DNA of 64,000 bases from Octopus bimaculoides. Its lineage: Eukaryota. Each line of letters starts with the position of its first letter. Within the stretch, counting starts at the first letter, position 1. Location of the stretch: NCBI RefSeq assembly GCF_001194135.2, contig NC_068983.1, positions 147,271,896 through 147,335,895 on the forward strand. The letters run 5' to 3'. Made by a program: the position numbers and the translations under genes. Positions 49,771 through 61,339 of the stretch are shown here, one piece after another. Below the pieces are notes generated by a model. The model ran no database searches, was not told where the DNA came from, and saw only the letters and a list, made by a program, of their open reading frames with translations.

Positions 49771-49877
49771 GAAAAGTTTCCACTTGGAAGGAATGGTTAA
49801 CTGTGGACCAAAGTGAACGACTGGATGCACGGATACAGTCTGAACTCATTGATCAAGAAATCATTTTGAATATTTAA
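49771..49877 (+). CDS. Sulfotransferase-like gene B, exon 5 (terminal)
   Basis: tttacag|. Reads (G)KVSTWKEWLTVDQSERLDARIQSELIDQEIILNI*. The spliced CDS is 900 nt (299 aa plus stop). AATAAA at 49942-49947. Confidence 0.92.
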
Positions 49878-49954
49878 GAATCTTCCTCTCACAAAGACAC
49901 TACTTACTACTACTACTACTACTACCACTACCAACAACAGTAATAAAGCATCAA

Positions 49955-50670
49955 AGCAAATAAACCAGATATTGTTGTGAAAGGCCAAAAGAATTATGTT
50001 TATTGGTTGACATGATCATACCTTGTGACCATATCTCGGGTAGTGGAGGCGCAATGGCCCAGTGGTTAGGGCAGTGGACTCACGGTCGTAGGATTGCGGT
50101 TTCAATTCCTAGACCAGGTGTTGTGAGTGTTTATTGAGTGGAAACACCTAAAGCTCCACAAGGCTCCAGCAGGGGGTGGTAGCGAACCCTGCTGTACTCT
50201 TTCACCGCAACTTTCTGTCACTCTTTCTTCCTGTTTCTGATGTACCTGTATTTCAAAGAGCCAGCCTTGTTGCACCCTGTGTCATGCTGAATCTCCCTGA
50301 GAACTACGTTAAGGGTACACGTGTCTGTGGAGTGCTCAGCCACTTGCACGTTAATTTCACGAGCAGTCTGTTCCATTGATTGGATCAACTGGAAGTCTCG
50401 TTGTCATAACTGACAGAGTGCCACAAATATCTCGGCAAAAGAATTTGATAAGCTTGGAAAATATAAAGATTTGCTAATCAAATATGAAGAGATGTGGCAT
50501 TTCAAGACGGTTACAATAACAGTGATTGTAGGAACAATTAGAATGGTGAAAAAAGGAACTGAAAATTATTTAAGAATGGTCCCTGGTTTACCATCCATAC
50601 AGGAAGTGCGAAAGATTGTCTTAACTGGTACATCACACGTACTGAGAAGAGTATTGTTGCTGTGAATTTT
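49955..50670 (+). mobile_element. R4/Dong-like LINE 3' fragment (restriction-like endonuclease), split by a SINE
   Basis: KPDIVV...LVDMIIPCD[SINE]ISAKEFDKLGKYKDL...EMWHFKTVTITVIVGTI...VLTGTSHVLRRVL (PD-(D/E)xK REL layout). Confidence 0.7.
50040..50426 (+). mobile_element. Full-length SINE family 1 with 9-bp TSD
   Basis: TSD atatctcgg at 50031-50039 and 50427-50435. A and B boxes present. Confidence 0.9.
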
Positions 50671-51415
50671 CTTTACTTCTTCCCCCTTTATTTTATTTGT
50701 TTACATTTTTTTTTTTCTTCTCCTTTCTCTCTATCACATGACTTTGTGACAATCTGGTTTGTTTATTTTAATGGAATACCAATGTATACAGTACGTTTCT
50801 CTACCCTAGGTATCAGTAAGACACTCAGCAAGGAATGGGATGCTAACGAAAATAGTGATAATAATAATAATAATAATAATGATAATAATTTCTTCATAGT
50901 TATCCGTCCAAAATTATGATTTATTCATGGTTATCTGTCTAGAAAAAATGAGCGATGGACAGATAACCATGAATAAATGAAATGGTTGATTCATGATTCG
51001 CACACACTACAATGCAACACTCCTCCAAAAACACACAGGAATAAACTCATACAGTAAATACCCAATAAAATGAACAAAACCCACAATATGTGCCATAGAA
51101 GACTAACAACGCTGTCGAGCATGTTCATTGCAAGAGCAGCTGTCTGGCTTCCATGCAGGTGGTATGTAAAAAACACCTTTTTGAGCGTGGCCGTTGCCAG
51201 TACTGTGTGACTGGTCCTCGTGCTGGTGGCATGTAAAAGCACCCACTACACTCTCGGGGTGATTGGCGTTAGGAAGGGCATTTAGCTGTAGAAACTCTGC
51301 CAGATCAGATTAGAGCCTGGTGTAGCCATCTGGTTTGCCAGTCCTCAGTCAAATCGTCCAACCCATGCTAGCATGGAAAGTGGACGTTAAACGATGATAA
51401 TGATGATGATTATGA

Positions 51416-51449
<34 letters not shown>

Positions 51450-51474
51450 CATACATACGTATATATATCTCAAT

Positions 51475-51852
51475 AGGTGCAGGAGTGGTTGTGTGGTATG
51501 TAGCTTGCTTACCGACCACATGGTTCTGTGTTCAGTCCCACTCCATGGCACTTTGAGCAAGTGTCTTCTACTATAGCCTTGTGAATGGATTTGGTAGACG
51601 GAAACTGAAAGAAGCCTGTCGTATATATGTATATATATATGTATGTGTGTGTATATATGTTTGTGTTTGTCCCCCCAACATCGCTTGACAACCGATGGTG
51701 GTGTGTTTATGTCCCCGTAACTTAGCGGTTCGGCAGAAGAGACCGATAGAATAAGTATTAGGCTTCCAAAGAATAAGTCCTGGGGTTGATTTGTTGAATA
51801 AAGGCGGTGCTCCAGCATGGCTAGTCAAAATGACTGAAACAAGTAAAAGAGT
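51475..51852 (+). mobile_element. SINE family 2 copy
   Basis: Colinear with 27845-28305. Confidence 0.8.
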
Positions 51853-51854
51853 AT

Positions 51855-51904
<50 letters not shown>

Positions 51905-52015
51905 ACAAAATCCAAAATTACAGGTAAAAACTCAATTAAAATCAATTTATAAAAAATTAAAATTAAATTNNNNNNNNNNNNNNNNNNNNNNNNNNNATTG
52001 AGCTTTATAGATAAA

Positions 52016-52296
52016 ATATATAAAATATATAGTTTTTATGAAAATAACCAAGTTTCAAGAACTCATCGATGAAAATCCACTATCACATATAGAAAAATTA
52101 ATAATTAAAAGCACAATAAATGAGTATAACATAATATAATCTTTTTATTATATTTATCTTATGATATTTACTTTACTTTATATTATACTCATTTATTGTG
52201 CTTTTAATTATTAATTTTTCTATATGTGATAGTGGATTTTCATCGATGAGTTCTTGAAACTTGGTTATTTTCCCTAAAACTATATATTTTATATAT
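52016..52296. repeat. AT-rich palindrome with ~114 bp arms (MITE-like)
   Basis: 52016-52129 and 52183-52296 are reverse complements with about 3 mismatches. Confidence 0.9.
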
Positions 52297-52504
52297 ATAT
52301 ATTTATAAAAAAGAAGTTTGAAAACGCCACTGTAGAAGATAAATTTTAATTTTCTGAGAGATTTTACATGTTTCGGTTCTACTTGAAAAAACGAACCCTA
52401 TCAAAAATATATATTTTAAAAAGTTAAGTGTAATAAAAGAAAAGTTCATAAAGTCCATGTGGTAGCGTTTTATGTGTGGGAAAATAATGGCTGTCTTGTG
52501 CGTT

Positions 52505-52800
52505 GACTAGAATCGTTGGCTGTAGTAGTGAAAGTGATTGTTAGCTGTAATAGCAGTAGTAGTAGAGACCGTTTGTCGTTGTAGTAGTAGTAGTAGTAGT
52601 GACTGTGGTGGTAGTGGTTGTAGCAGCAGTTCATTGGCTGTAATAGCAGTAGTAGAAGTGACCTTTGGCTGTAATAGCAGCAGTAGCAGAGACTGTTGGT
52701 AGTAGTAGTAGTAGTAGTAGTGGTGGAAGTGACTGTTGGCTGTAATAGCAGCAGTAGTAGTAGTAGTAGTGATTGTGGTGGTAGTGGTGGTTGGAGTTGT
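52505..52800. repeat. (GTA)n/(GCA)n-rich minisatellite with recurring gtgactgttggctgtaatagcag unit
   Basis: Direct reading. Confidence 0.85.
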
Positions 52801-52849
52801 AGAATTCTGTTTTTCTTTTTGGATAGCCAATATATGGTTTTAATGTTTC

Positions 52850-53137
52850 CTGGCCCAGAGTATTTAAACTTGGTCCTAATTTTCTAATGAAATGAAGTTC
52901 TTTGTTATGTCATTGAGTGAAGGTTGCGTTGTTATTGAATTGGGAAAGTGGGGAAGTTGTAAATTTTGGATCTTTATTATTATGCACATCTGTCTATGTG
53001 GCCGCTGACAGGTATTTTCCCGTATTGAGGATTCCTAATTTGGGATTTATGTACTGCCATCCTTTTCCATAGGCTGTTTTTTGTATGGCTGATATATTGC
53101 CTATTGCACCCTGCGCATGTTATCACGTAAATTAAGT
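52850..53137 (-). mobile_element. Penelope-like GIY-YIG endonuclease remnant
   Basis: NLIYVITCAGCNRQYISHTKNSLWKRMAVHKSQIR ... KELHFIRKLGPSLN. Confidence 0.75.
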
Positions 53138-53139
53138 TA

Positions 53140-53994
53140 CGAGGGGTGTATGAAAAGTTTTGAGTCTCAAAAAAACAAAACATGGTACAAAACTTCTGAA
53201 GATTTATTTTTCAACATAGTCCTCCTTGATGGCTGAAGACTTTCTCCAGCGGTGCTGAAGCGCCATTATCCCGGCATAGAACTCATTTGTTTGAGACTCC
53301 GAGAAACTTCCTAGAGCATCTATGACGTCATTGTCACTGGCAAAATGGCAACCAGCCAGGGCTTTTATCATTTTGGGGAATAGATGAAAGTCAGAGGGGG
53401 CTAAGTCTGGCGAATAAGGCGGATGGGAAACAAGTTTGTATCCACAATCACGAATTGTTGCCATGGCGAGGGACCCACCTTGCAGAAACCTTTGAGAACC
53501 CAAGCTCTTTTGTCACAATCTTGTCTGCTCTTTCAACTGAGATGCCTACTGTCTTGGCTATCTGACGACATGATATTTGGCGCTTGCATTATCATGCCAA
53601 GAGCAAGGTCAAGGTTGTCCTTGGTGGTTGCAGTTAGAGGTCTCCCTGGTCTGTGATCATCTTCCACACTCTCCCTGCCACGCTTGAATTCATTTACCCA
53701 GCGTTTGACTGTTGCATATGAAGGAGCATTGTCTGTTAAGGTTCTCACCATATCTTCATGGATTTCTGATGGAGTCATGTCTTTCAAATGAAGGTACTTT
53801 ATGACAGCACGATACTCAGTTTTCTCCATTTTCCCTGTACCCTCGACAAATCTGCAACAAACAAAATAAAAATATCATAATCATGAAAATGAGCAAGAAT
53901 ACTATGAAAAGACTACTTACCAGAAAAAATTGTTTCAGCTATCTAACAGCCCCGTTTATAGGTTTGGCTCAAAACGTTTCATACATCACTCATG
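53140..53994 (-). mobile_element. Internally deleted mariner with both TIRs, TA target
   Basis: TA|CGAGGGGTGTATGAAAAGTTTTGAG ... CTCAAAACGTTTCATACATCACTCATG|TA. Protein pieces YRAVIKYL...TVKRWVNEFKRGRESVEDDHRPGRP and HPPYSPDLAPSDFHLFP; the central catalytic region is missing. Confidence 0.9.
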
Positions 53995-53996
53995 TA

Positions 53997-54195
53997 ACCT
54001 CGTGGATATCGTTAGCAATTTTTTTCTTCCTCCGTCTTCCCATCTTTGGACTTTCCTGTTTCCGACGAAGAGCTCCGCTCGAAACGTCAAATTCTCTTTC
54101 TTTCCTTTCCCTAGCGTCCAGTAACACAATCTGTATCACGTCCTCGCGTTGTTGTTTTTTGTTGTTGTTCCTTTGTCGTTTTTCTGTTTTGAACT

Positions 54196-54200
<5 letters not shown>
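53997..54200 (+). mobile_element. Short repeat with hammerhead-like motif, probable PLE terminal repeat (copy 2)
   Basis: Homologous to 11925-12086. Contains CCGACGAAGAGCTCCGCTCGAAACGTC at 54062-54088. Confidence 0.45.
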
Positions 54201-54231
<31 letters not shown>

Positions 54232-54711
54232 CTTTCAAAATAGCATAAAAATCTTTTACAAGATTTTACATTACCAGAACTAAGACATATATCAATCCAG
54301 GGATGCATACATGTAAACACACACACACACACACTCATGCAGAGACCAACACCCAAACACTCTGACATATATGAACAGATGATTTGTTCCTCATCATTCA
54401 GCGATGAGGATTCTGTTGTTCAGTCACTCAAATTATCTGTTTCTGGACTAACGTAGCAAAGGCTGAGCATTCTACAGATACTCAAGCAGTGTGACACAGT
54501 GTATAACAAGATCGCATCTGTTTGAATTTCAAGTAAGATCCATCCAATCTACAAGCTTCTGTAGAGTTTCCATGCACCTAATTTCATCCACAGGGAATGG
54601 ATTACCTTGTGTGTGTGGAAAAATGACGTTTGATGAAGAATTTATGCAGTGTGATCAAAATGGGGTCTTGTAGTTGTGAAGTGACTCTTAACTATTTCGC
54701 CATAATGTAAT

Positions 54712-54745
<34 letters not shown>

Positions 54746-57530
54746 TGGTGTTTGAAAAGGATTAATGACAGTGCTCACACACTAGAATAAAACTTCTTCC
54801 CCCAAAAAAGGTTAGTAACATCCTCATTTTCATAACATTTGTTTTTTAAAATAATTTGAATCCTAATCGCTAAGGTGAGGACTTGAACCCTAATTGCTAG
54901 ATACTCAGTTAGGTACCATGAGTGAGCCACCAGTTTCATGGGACTCATTCATCAATCGGCCAGTCACCGTAGTGTGCTACAGCATCCTCAAATTTCTAAC
55001 ATTTGCCATCTGTTACCTTACAAAAACTGTTTGGCACTTAACTCAGAGTCCAGACAGTCAACAGACAGCTGACATCACAGACCGCCTCGGACTTTTGCAC
55101 AGACAACTCCAGGCACTTGGACACACTACATGATGTCCCATGGATAACATTCTACATTCACAGAGCAGTTTTTCTGGTGTGTTTACCTTCCCATAATTTA
55201 GTAGTTCAGCAAAAGAGGCTAATAGAGTAAGCACCAGGCTTTAATAAAATAAGTACTGAGGATGATACATTTGACTAAAATTTCAAGGCGGTGCCCCAGT
55301 ATGGCTGCAGTCAAATGACAGAAACAAGTAAAAGAATAAAAGCATGTATATATATCATCATCATTTGATGTCCATGTTCCATGCTGGTATGGGTTGGATA
55401 ATTTGACTGCGTTGTGCTTTAATGTCTGCTTTGGCATGGTTTGTATTGCTGGATGCCCTTACTAATGCCAACCACTTTAATGAGTGTATTGTACTTTTCT
55501 TTTCCTGACATCAGTACTAGTGAGATTGACATGTAGCTCATAAGACTAAGATCTCCTTCAACTTAGTGAGATTGCAATAGAGAGGAAGGTAGTTTTACGT
55601 ATGAGAAGGGGCCAAATCAGAATAGGTTTCTTTCTGTAGAAGAGCTACATGTCCACTTACAATATAGAAGAGAGGGTAGGAAAAACCAGGGTGGATTTGG
55701 AGAGAGACATAAATAGTTGTGTGAGGTGTTGGGGATCATCAAGGTATGAAGTAAGGATCATCAAAGTATGAAGTAAGTGGAAATTGTAGCCAGGTAGATG
55801 TTGCAAGAGTGTATGGGCAGAGTCAGAGATGGTTAAGGATGGAGAATGGGTAAGATGAGGCACCTCATCACTACCATCTTTATCGTCTTCCTGGTACTCC
55901 TACTGACCATTATACAAAGTGATGTAACCATGTAAGTCGTTTATAGCAAGACACATGTGCTTGTTCCCCTGTCATACTTTGACCTTCCAATGCCTGGCAT
56001 AAAGCCTCACTTAGTTCATAGATTTTTCCCTGCTTTTTTTTCAAGAGAAATCCCCTTTCATTTATGTGACAGCAAGCATCTTTGAAATTGTCAAGTCTGC
56101 ATAATTCACCTCATCCACTGCTGAAGGACTTTGAAAAACCAATACAGAAAAAACAGGTCGTTTGATTCTTTTCCTTAAATACTACATTGTTAAAGAGTAT
56201 TAGTTATGAGGCATAATGTACTTGGGCATCATTATAATCTCTACGGTGTACAGGTACATTATGTATCTGTACACCAGAGATTACAATAACAAACACTTAT
56301 ATATCACAAATATCACTCAGTATCAGTTATCTCGGTGACAAAAAAAAAAAAAAAAAAAATCTGACTGGTGCAGGTATTTCTGTATGACTAGAAACTTAGC
56401 GATCATGTTGTTCCATATTTGATACTCTTGGATGGCACATTAAATATTTTACACTATAACTTTTAGTTACCCCAAATCTTGTGTGGATCTATGGAAAACA
56501 GTTAGATACACTGTACCTGTTCTTGGTTTGTAGACTTTACATGTCACCTAGTTTAACATCATTATGTGGGTCTTGGGTGCTTTTGTCAGAGGTCATTTGG
56601 TTGCAAACATTTAAACAGTCAGACCAATTGTGATGATAACAGGATTTGAGTTGTGTAATTTTCTGCAGCTGCTACCATTGAATTGTACATTATTCCTCTC
56701 TTAACCTCACCAGTACCAGTTGTCTAACAGAATGTTATGGACACTGTACTTCTTCCTCTGCAGTGCCTACTTACTGTTAAGAAAACTGGTTATTGAGAGC
56801 AAAATGTTTTGGTTATGGACACAGCTTATAAAAGTTCCTTTACTTATTTGAATATCCAAAAGGTACAACTGAAGACTTCATGTAGAGTATCTCAAATAAA
56901 TCAGTTTGGCAGAGAACATTCCTCTCTAAGCTATATCAACAGGAGGGATTAAATGTTTATGATATTGGCACAATATAATACCCATGTTTGATATGATCCA
57001 TAGAGTGACTCACAGGTTGTTCAGTATCCCATCATCTTGCCTATCTGGACTTCCCACTTGCAATGTAAGTGAAATTAGGTGGTTACAGTTACAATCTGAA
57101 ATTACAATAGCTATTTCCAATACTTTTAAATTTTAAATATAAGAATTAATACTAAGTTGAATAGTAAACCACAGGTAACCCAATTCACAATTCTATTTTG
57201 ACCTGTTTTGATTTCTGGCTGACATCAACAGACTACAGTTATATGATGTAATATGAGTTTAACTATAAACAACAGCTTGGAAGCAAACAGCCACATTTTA
57301 AAACAGTAAGCTACAAAGTTACAGAGCATTGTCAGTTTCAATTATTCGAAAACTTAGCAAAATTTACTGTTAGGAAGATGTTTCCCAATAGGAACCACCA
57401 TACTATGAATATTGAGAAAATATTGAATAACTCATTCATGTTTGCGGCTTTTGTCAAAGTAAGAAAGTAATTATTTAAGAATAGTAACGGTAAAAACAAA
57501 AATAAAACACCAAGTAAAGATGTAACAAAT

Positions 57531-58793
57531 TTATTTATTTTTTACAGATTTCTTTTTACTGAATACATACTTGTTGATAAGAATATAAAGAATAAAGATT
57601 TGAATAAAGAAAAAGATGACACTAGCAAGACAAATATATATAAAAGTGTTGCTACCTTCAAATTCCAAGAAATAAGCAGGTAGAAGCCATATGCCTTGTC
57701 CAAGAAACCAAACTAGAATTAAAATCAATCCATGAACTACAGTCAGTTGCAGAGAAGGCAGAAGTAAGGGAAGGAGACAGAGGTACCAGAGAAAATATTG
57801 GGATGTGCATACTTTGTTAAACATCACAAAAATTACAGTTAAAAGGAACCAGCAGAAGGGCAAGTCAGCAAAGTATACAAGTGTTATGGCTGAAATTAGA
57901 ATGATCTGTGGTAGAAAAGTAATGAGGCCAATCAGTGTTGATTGACTCAAATCTGCTGTAAGATAGAGAAGGTAGAAAAACAGAGAAAAGTTATGCCGAG
58001 TATCTTTACGGCTTATGTGATAGAGATATGCTTCCTGTATAAATGGCCACTCATATGCAAAGTAAAAGATACTAGTCAGTGAAGCTAAAGTTAAGATAGA
58101 AACTAAAGCAAATACAATCTGATCAGAGTTGGGTAAAATAAGTCTTTTTATCTTTTGTAGCTTCTTGTTAGGTTTTGTAAATGATTCAGATGCAAGGTTT
58201 AAGTAAATAGAAGGAGCATAAATGATTGGATATATTTTGGTGTGTATAGCAATTCCATACAACACAGCTGCAAAAAATAAATGTCTTTTAAGGCATGTTA
58301 GTAAGCTAAAAAGAACTAGGAAAGTTATGATAGATTCAGCATTACCCCGGGTACATATAGTTATAGAGAGTGGATTATACAACCAAAACATTGAACACAA
58401 TGTAGACAGTCTTCTTGATTGATGTTTTAGTTGAACTATCTTGAAAATTGTAAAAGCAGTAAGTAAGTCAAATACTACAAAAACAAATTTCCCAAAATGA
58501 AATGAAATTAAAATATTTGGTGTCAAAAAATATGCCAACAAAGGTGTATAGCGGTATGTGTGTCTCTTATAAGGACTCAATCCCTCCACAACATGCTTTG
58601 CGGCATCAGTAAACACACTGTAATCAATATCTGTATATTTGACATCGAAATTTAAGTCTTGCCATATACCATAACCAATTAACACAAACCGAATCAAGCA
58701 TCCAATGGTTAGATGCCATTTAATGTGTAATAAACTGGTTTTTGCTGCTGACACTTTGATGAGATTAAATAGGTATTGCATAACGGTCTTCAT
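57531..58793 (-). CDS. PIGM: GPI mannosyltransferase I (PIG-M), single coding exon, 420 aa
   Basis: VKYTDIDY (DxD), SPYKRHTYRYTPLLAY, WLYNPL...TRGNAES, HTKIYP, RKDTRHNFS, FNKVCTSQYFLWY. Multi-pass hydrophobic profile. C-terminal basic tail (KKKSVKNK) compatible with ER retention. Confidence 0.97.
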   Translation of the reverse strand: MKTVMQYLFNLIKVSAAKTSLLHIKWHLTIGCLIRFVLIGYGIWQDLNFDVKYTDIDYSVFTDAAKHVVEGLSPYKRHTYRYTPLLAYFLTPNILISFHFGKFVFVVFDLLTAFTIFKIVQLKHQSRRLSTLCSMFWLYNPLSITICTRGNAESIITFLVLFSLLTCLKRHLFFAAVLYGIAIHTKIYPIIYAPSIYLNLASESFTKPNKKLQKIKRLILPNSDQIVFALVSILTLASLTSIFYFAYEWPFIQEAYLYHISRKDTRHNFSLFFYLLYLTADLSQSTLIGLITFLPQIILISAITLVYFADLPFCWFLLTVIFVMFNKVCTSQYFLWYLCLLPLLLPSLQLTVVHGLILILVWFLGQGIWLLPAYFLEFEGSNTFIYICLASVIFFFIQIFILYILINKYVFSKKKSVKNK

Positions 58794-61339
58794 TTCATTT
58801 CTTGCTATATATTTAAATACAAAACTGGATCTTCTTCTGCAGTTACATTTAGAGCTGAGTTCAAAATGAGGACTTTCTATATTTTCTCTCTCCCTTTCAA
58901 AAGAAACTTGTAGCGTACCATTGCATCTCTAGGTATTGAAACCACAACAAATGTTTAAATATTTTCCTAAAATAAGATAAAAGAAGAATTACAATAACTC
59001 AAATTGAAAATGTGTCACAATAACCATTAATATTTACTTATTATAACATCCAGGAATTCCCTCACGAGATTTGATAGCTAATTCTTTAATAGTTGGAAGC
59101 TATCAACAATTTATATATCTTACTATTGTTAATGAGGCAAAATAATAATGTGGATACATTAATTACAGAAAAAATATGTAAATCTTTTCAAGTTTGAGAA
59201 TATACAGGTTTCATATTTTGCATAAAAAAATAAATTTAAAAAAATGTTAAAATCCAAACATGAATAAGTATCACATGACAACGTTTTGGAAATGATCTGT
59301 TGCAGTAACAATTATTTATGATCTCGTCTTTCATAATCTATACTCTGTTTTAACTGGTTTAGTCTTCAGCTAATTTATTCCTATACATATGAACATTTCC
59401 CTATACTGGGTCTGAATTCAGAAAGATTAAGATTTCAACATCCCATGAAATTATAGCATACTCATTAAGATCAAGAAAACACTTGATAAATGTTGAGTTG
59501 AAAGCCAGTCAAGGAATATATACCTATATATTAGAATAAAGTACTTGAAGGTAATTGGAGAAGACTGGGAGGATCAAAATGTAGTGTAATACATAAATAA
59601 AAATGAAAATGTGATTAATTTTGAAGAAAATTCAAGTCATCACAAAACTGACTGCTTTGTTATAATCTTTACTGAGATGTTTGACAATCATCGCCACCAC
59701 TACCATAACCATCATTATAATTTTCCTCTGCCTTATGAGCTGGTATGGGTTGAGTGAGCCATTGAAACTGGAGCCAGTGTTCTAGATGGCTTGAAGGACT
59801 ACATCTCACACTTATGATTTTCAGTATAAATTCTATGGCTGGATACCCTTCATCACGACCATTTTACAGTGTACTGGGAACATTTTATCATGGCACCAGC
59901 ACCAGAGAGGTTGTCATATCGTTAAGACTAAAGGGTCCTTATGACCCTATACTGTCTCCACTTGTTTGCCATCATTTTAGATATCGTACAGGTATGATTT
60001 ATTAGAATGTTTAGCTGAAGACTTTAGGAACACCTCTTATGTATATCAACATGACTGTTTCATGCTGGTATAGGTTGAATGGAATGTTATAGTCCAAACC
60101 AGATCTTATTTGGAGTTATAGTCTTGGATAATTTGGGAGAACACATTTCATTCATATGTTTATATTTTGGTATAGCTTCTATAGCCGCATACCCATCTAA
60201 CACCAACCACTTTATAGGAGGCCTCAAATGTGCTTTATCACAGTATCAGACACATTGTCATCTCTTCTGCAAGACAGGACTAAAGATTCCTCTGAATCCT
60301 ACATTGTTTCTATTCATTCACCAACTACTTTACAGAGTGTACAGTGTACATTATATCAGGGCATCAGTACTAGTGAGGTTGTCTTGAATCTTGTAATCTT
60401 CATTGCTCTATATTGTTTCCATTTGTCTGGAGCAATGTAGTTAATAGTGTGTAAAAGAGATTGCAGGACATGAAAGGAAGCAGAATGATTAGGGTATGCA
60501 TGGAAAAAGGAAATAGGGGAGACAGTATAGAAGCAATGAAAGAGACATTAAGAGCTGAAGATAACAGAGAGAGAGAGAGAGAAAGCAAGGGACAGATAGT
60601 CGTAAAAGGGACAGGTGTAGAGTGTTAGAGGTCAATAATGAATGACCTGGAGAAAAGTAATTTGTTGTCAGTTGTATAGAAGAGTATAATGTTAGTTATT
60701 AAGATAGAAAGCCAATGGTTAGTGTTACGGCTATGAGGGAGTTAAAGATGGAGGAGGAAAAGTATTGAAATGATGTAATCTTACATTAATCAAATATCAT
60801 AATCGGGAAATGACACTAATGGAAGCTACTTATTTGCTAGAAGAAAGAATGGGGCGCCTGTAATAGATATGAATAGATAAATGTGTGTGTGTGTAAGGGA
60901 TATATGTACAGGGAGACAGTTAGTCATGCAAGCAGCTATAACTAAGAATTTCAAAGGTGTGAAATTGTATTGAATCAATCAGATGTCATTTGTTTGCCAC
61001 CCAAAGCCTACCAGTCTACGGTGATGATAATTGTTTGTTTCTAATTAAGGCACAAGGCCAGAATTTTAAGATTTCATTAATTTCAGTACTTGATTGGTAC
61101 TATATTTTATTGACTCTGAAAGCATGAAAGGCAACATTGACCTCAGCAGGATCTGAACCCAGAACCAGAACTGAAAGAAATACTGCAAGACATTTTGTAA
61201 TGATTTTGCCAGTTCACAGAATTAATGATGATGATGATGATTATTATCATCATCAATTATTGTTAGGGCCTTGGGGACAATATCAAAAACTACCCCATGA
61301 CCAATAGCCTGCAAGGTTTGATAGAGAAGGAAGCCAAAG

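Noticed and set aside
1034-52887. ORFs rich in YI/CV/HT/RE/TTT repeats
   Set aside because: They are translations of (TA)n, (TG)n, (GA)n and (CTA)n microsatellites.
54350-57500. Short ORFs between the mariner and PIGM, and at 59800-60900
   Set aside because: They have no recognisable domains and no consistent splice structure. They are likely PIGM 3' UTR or intergenic DNA and decayed repeats.
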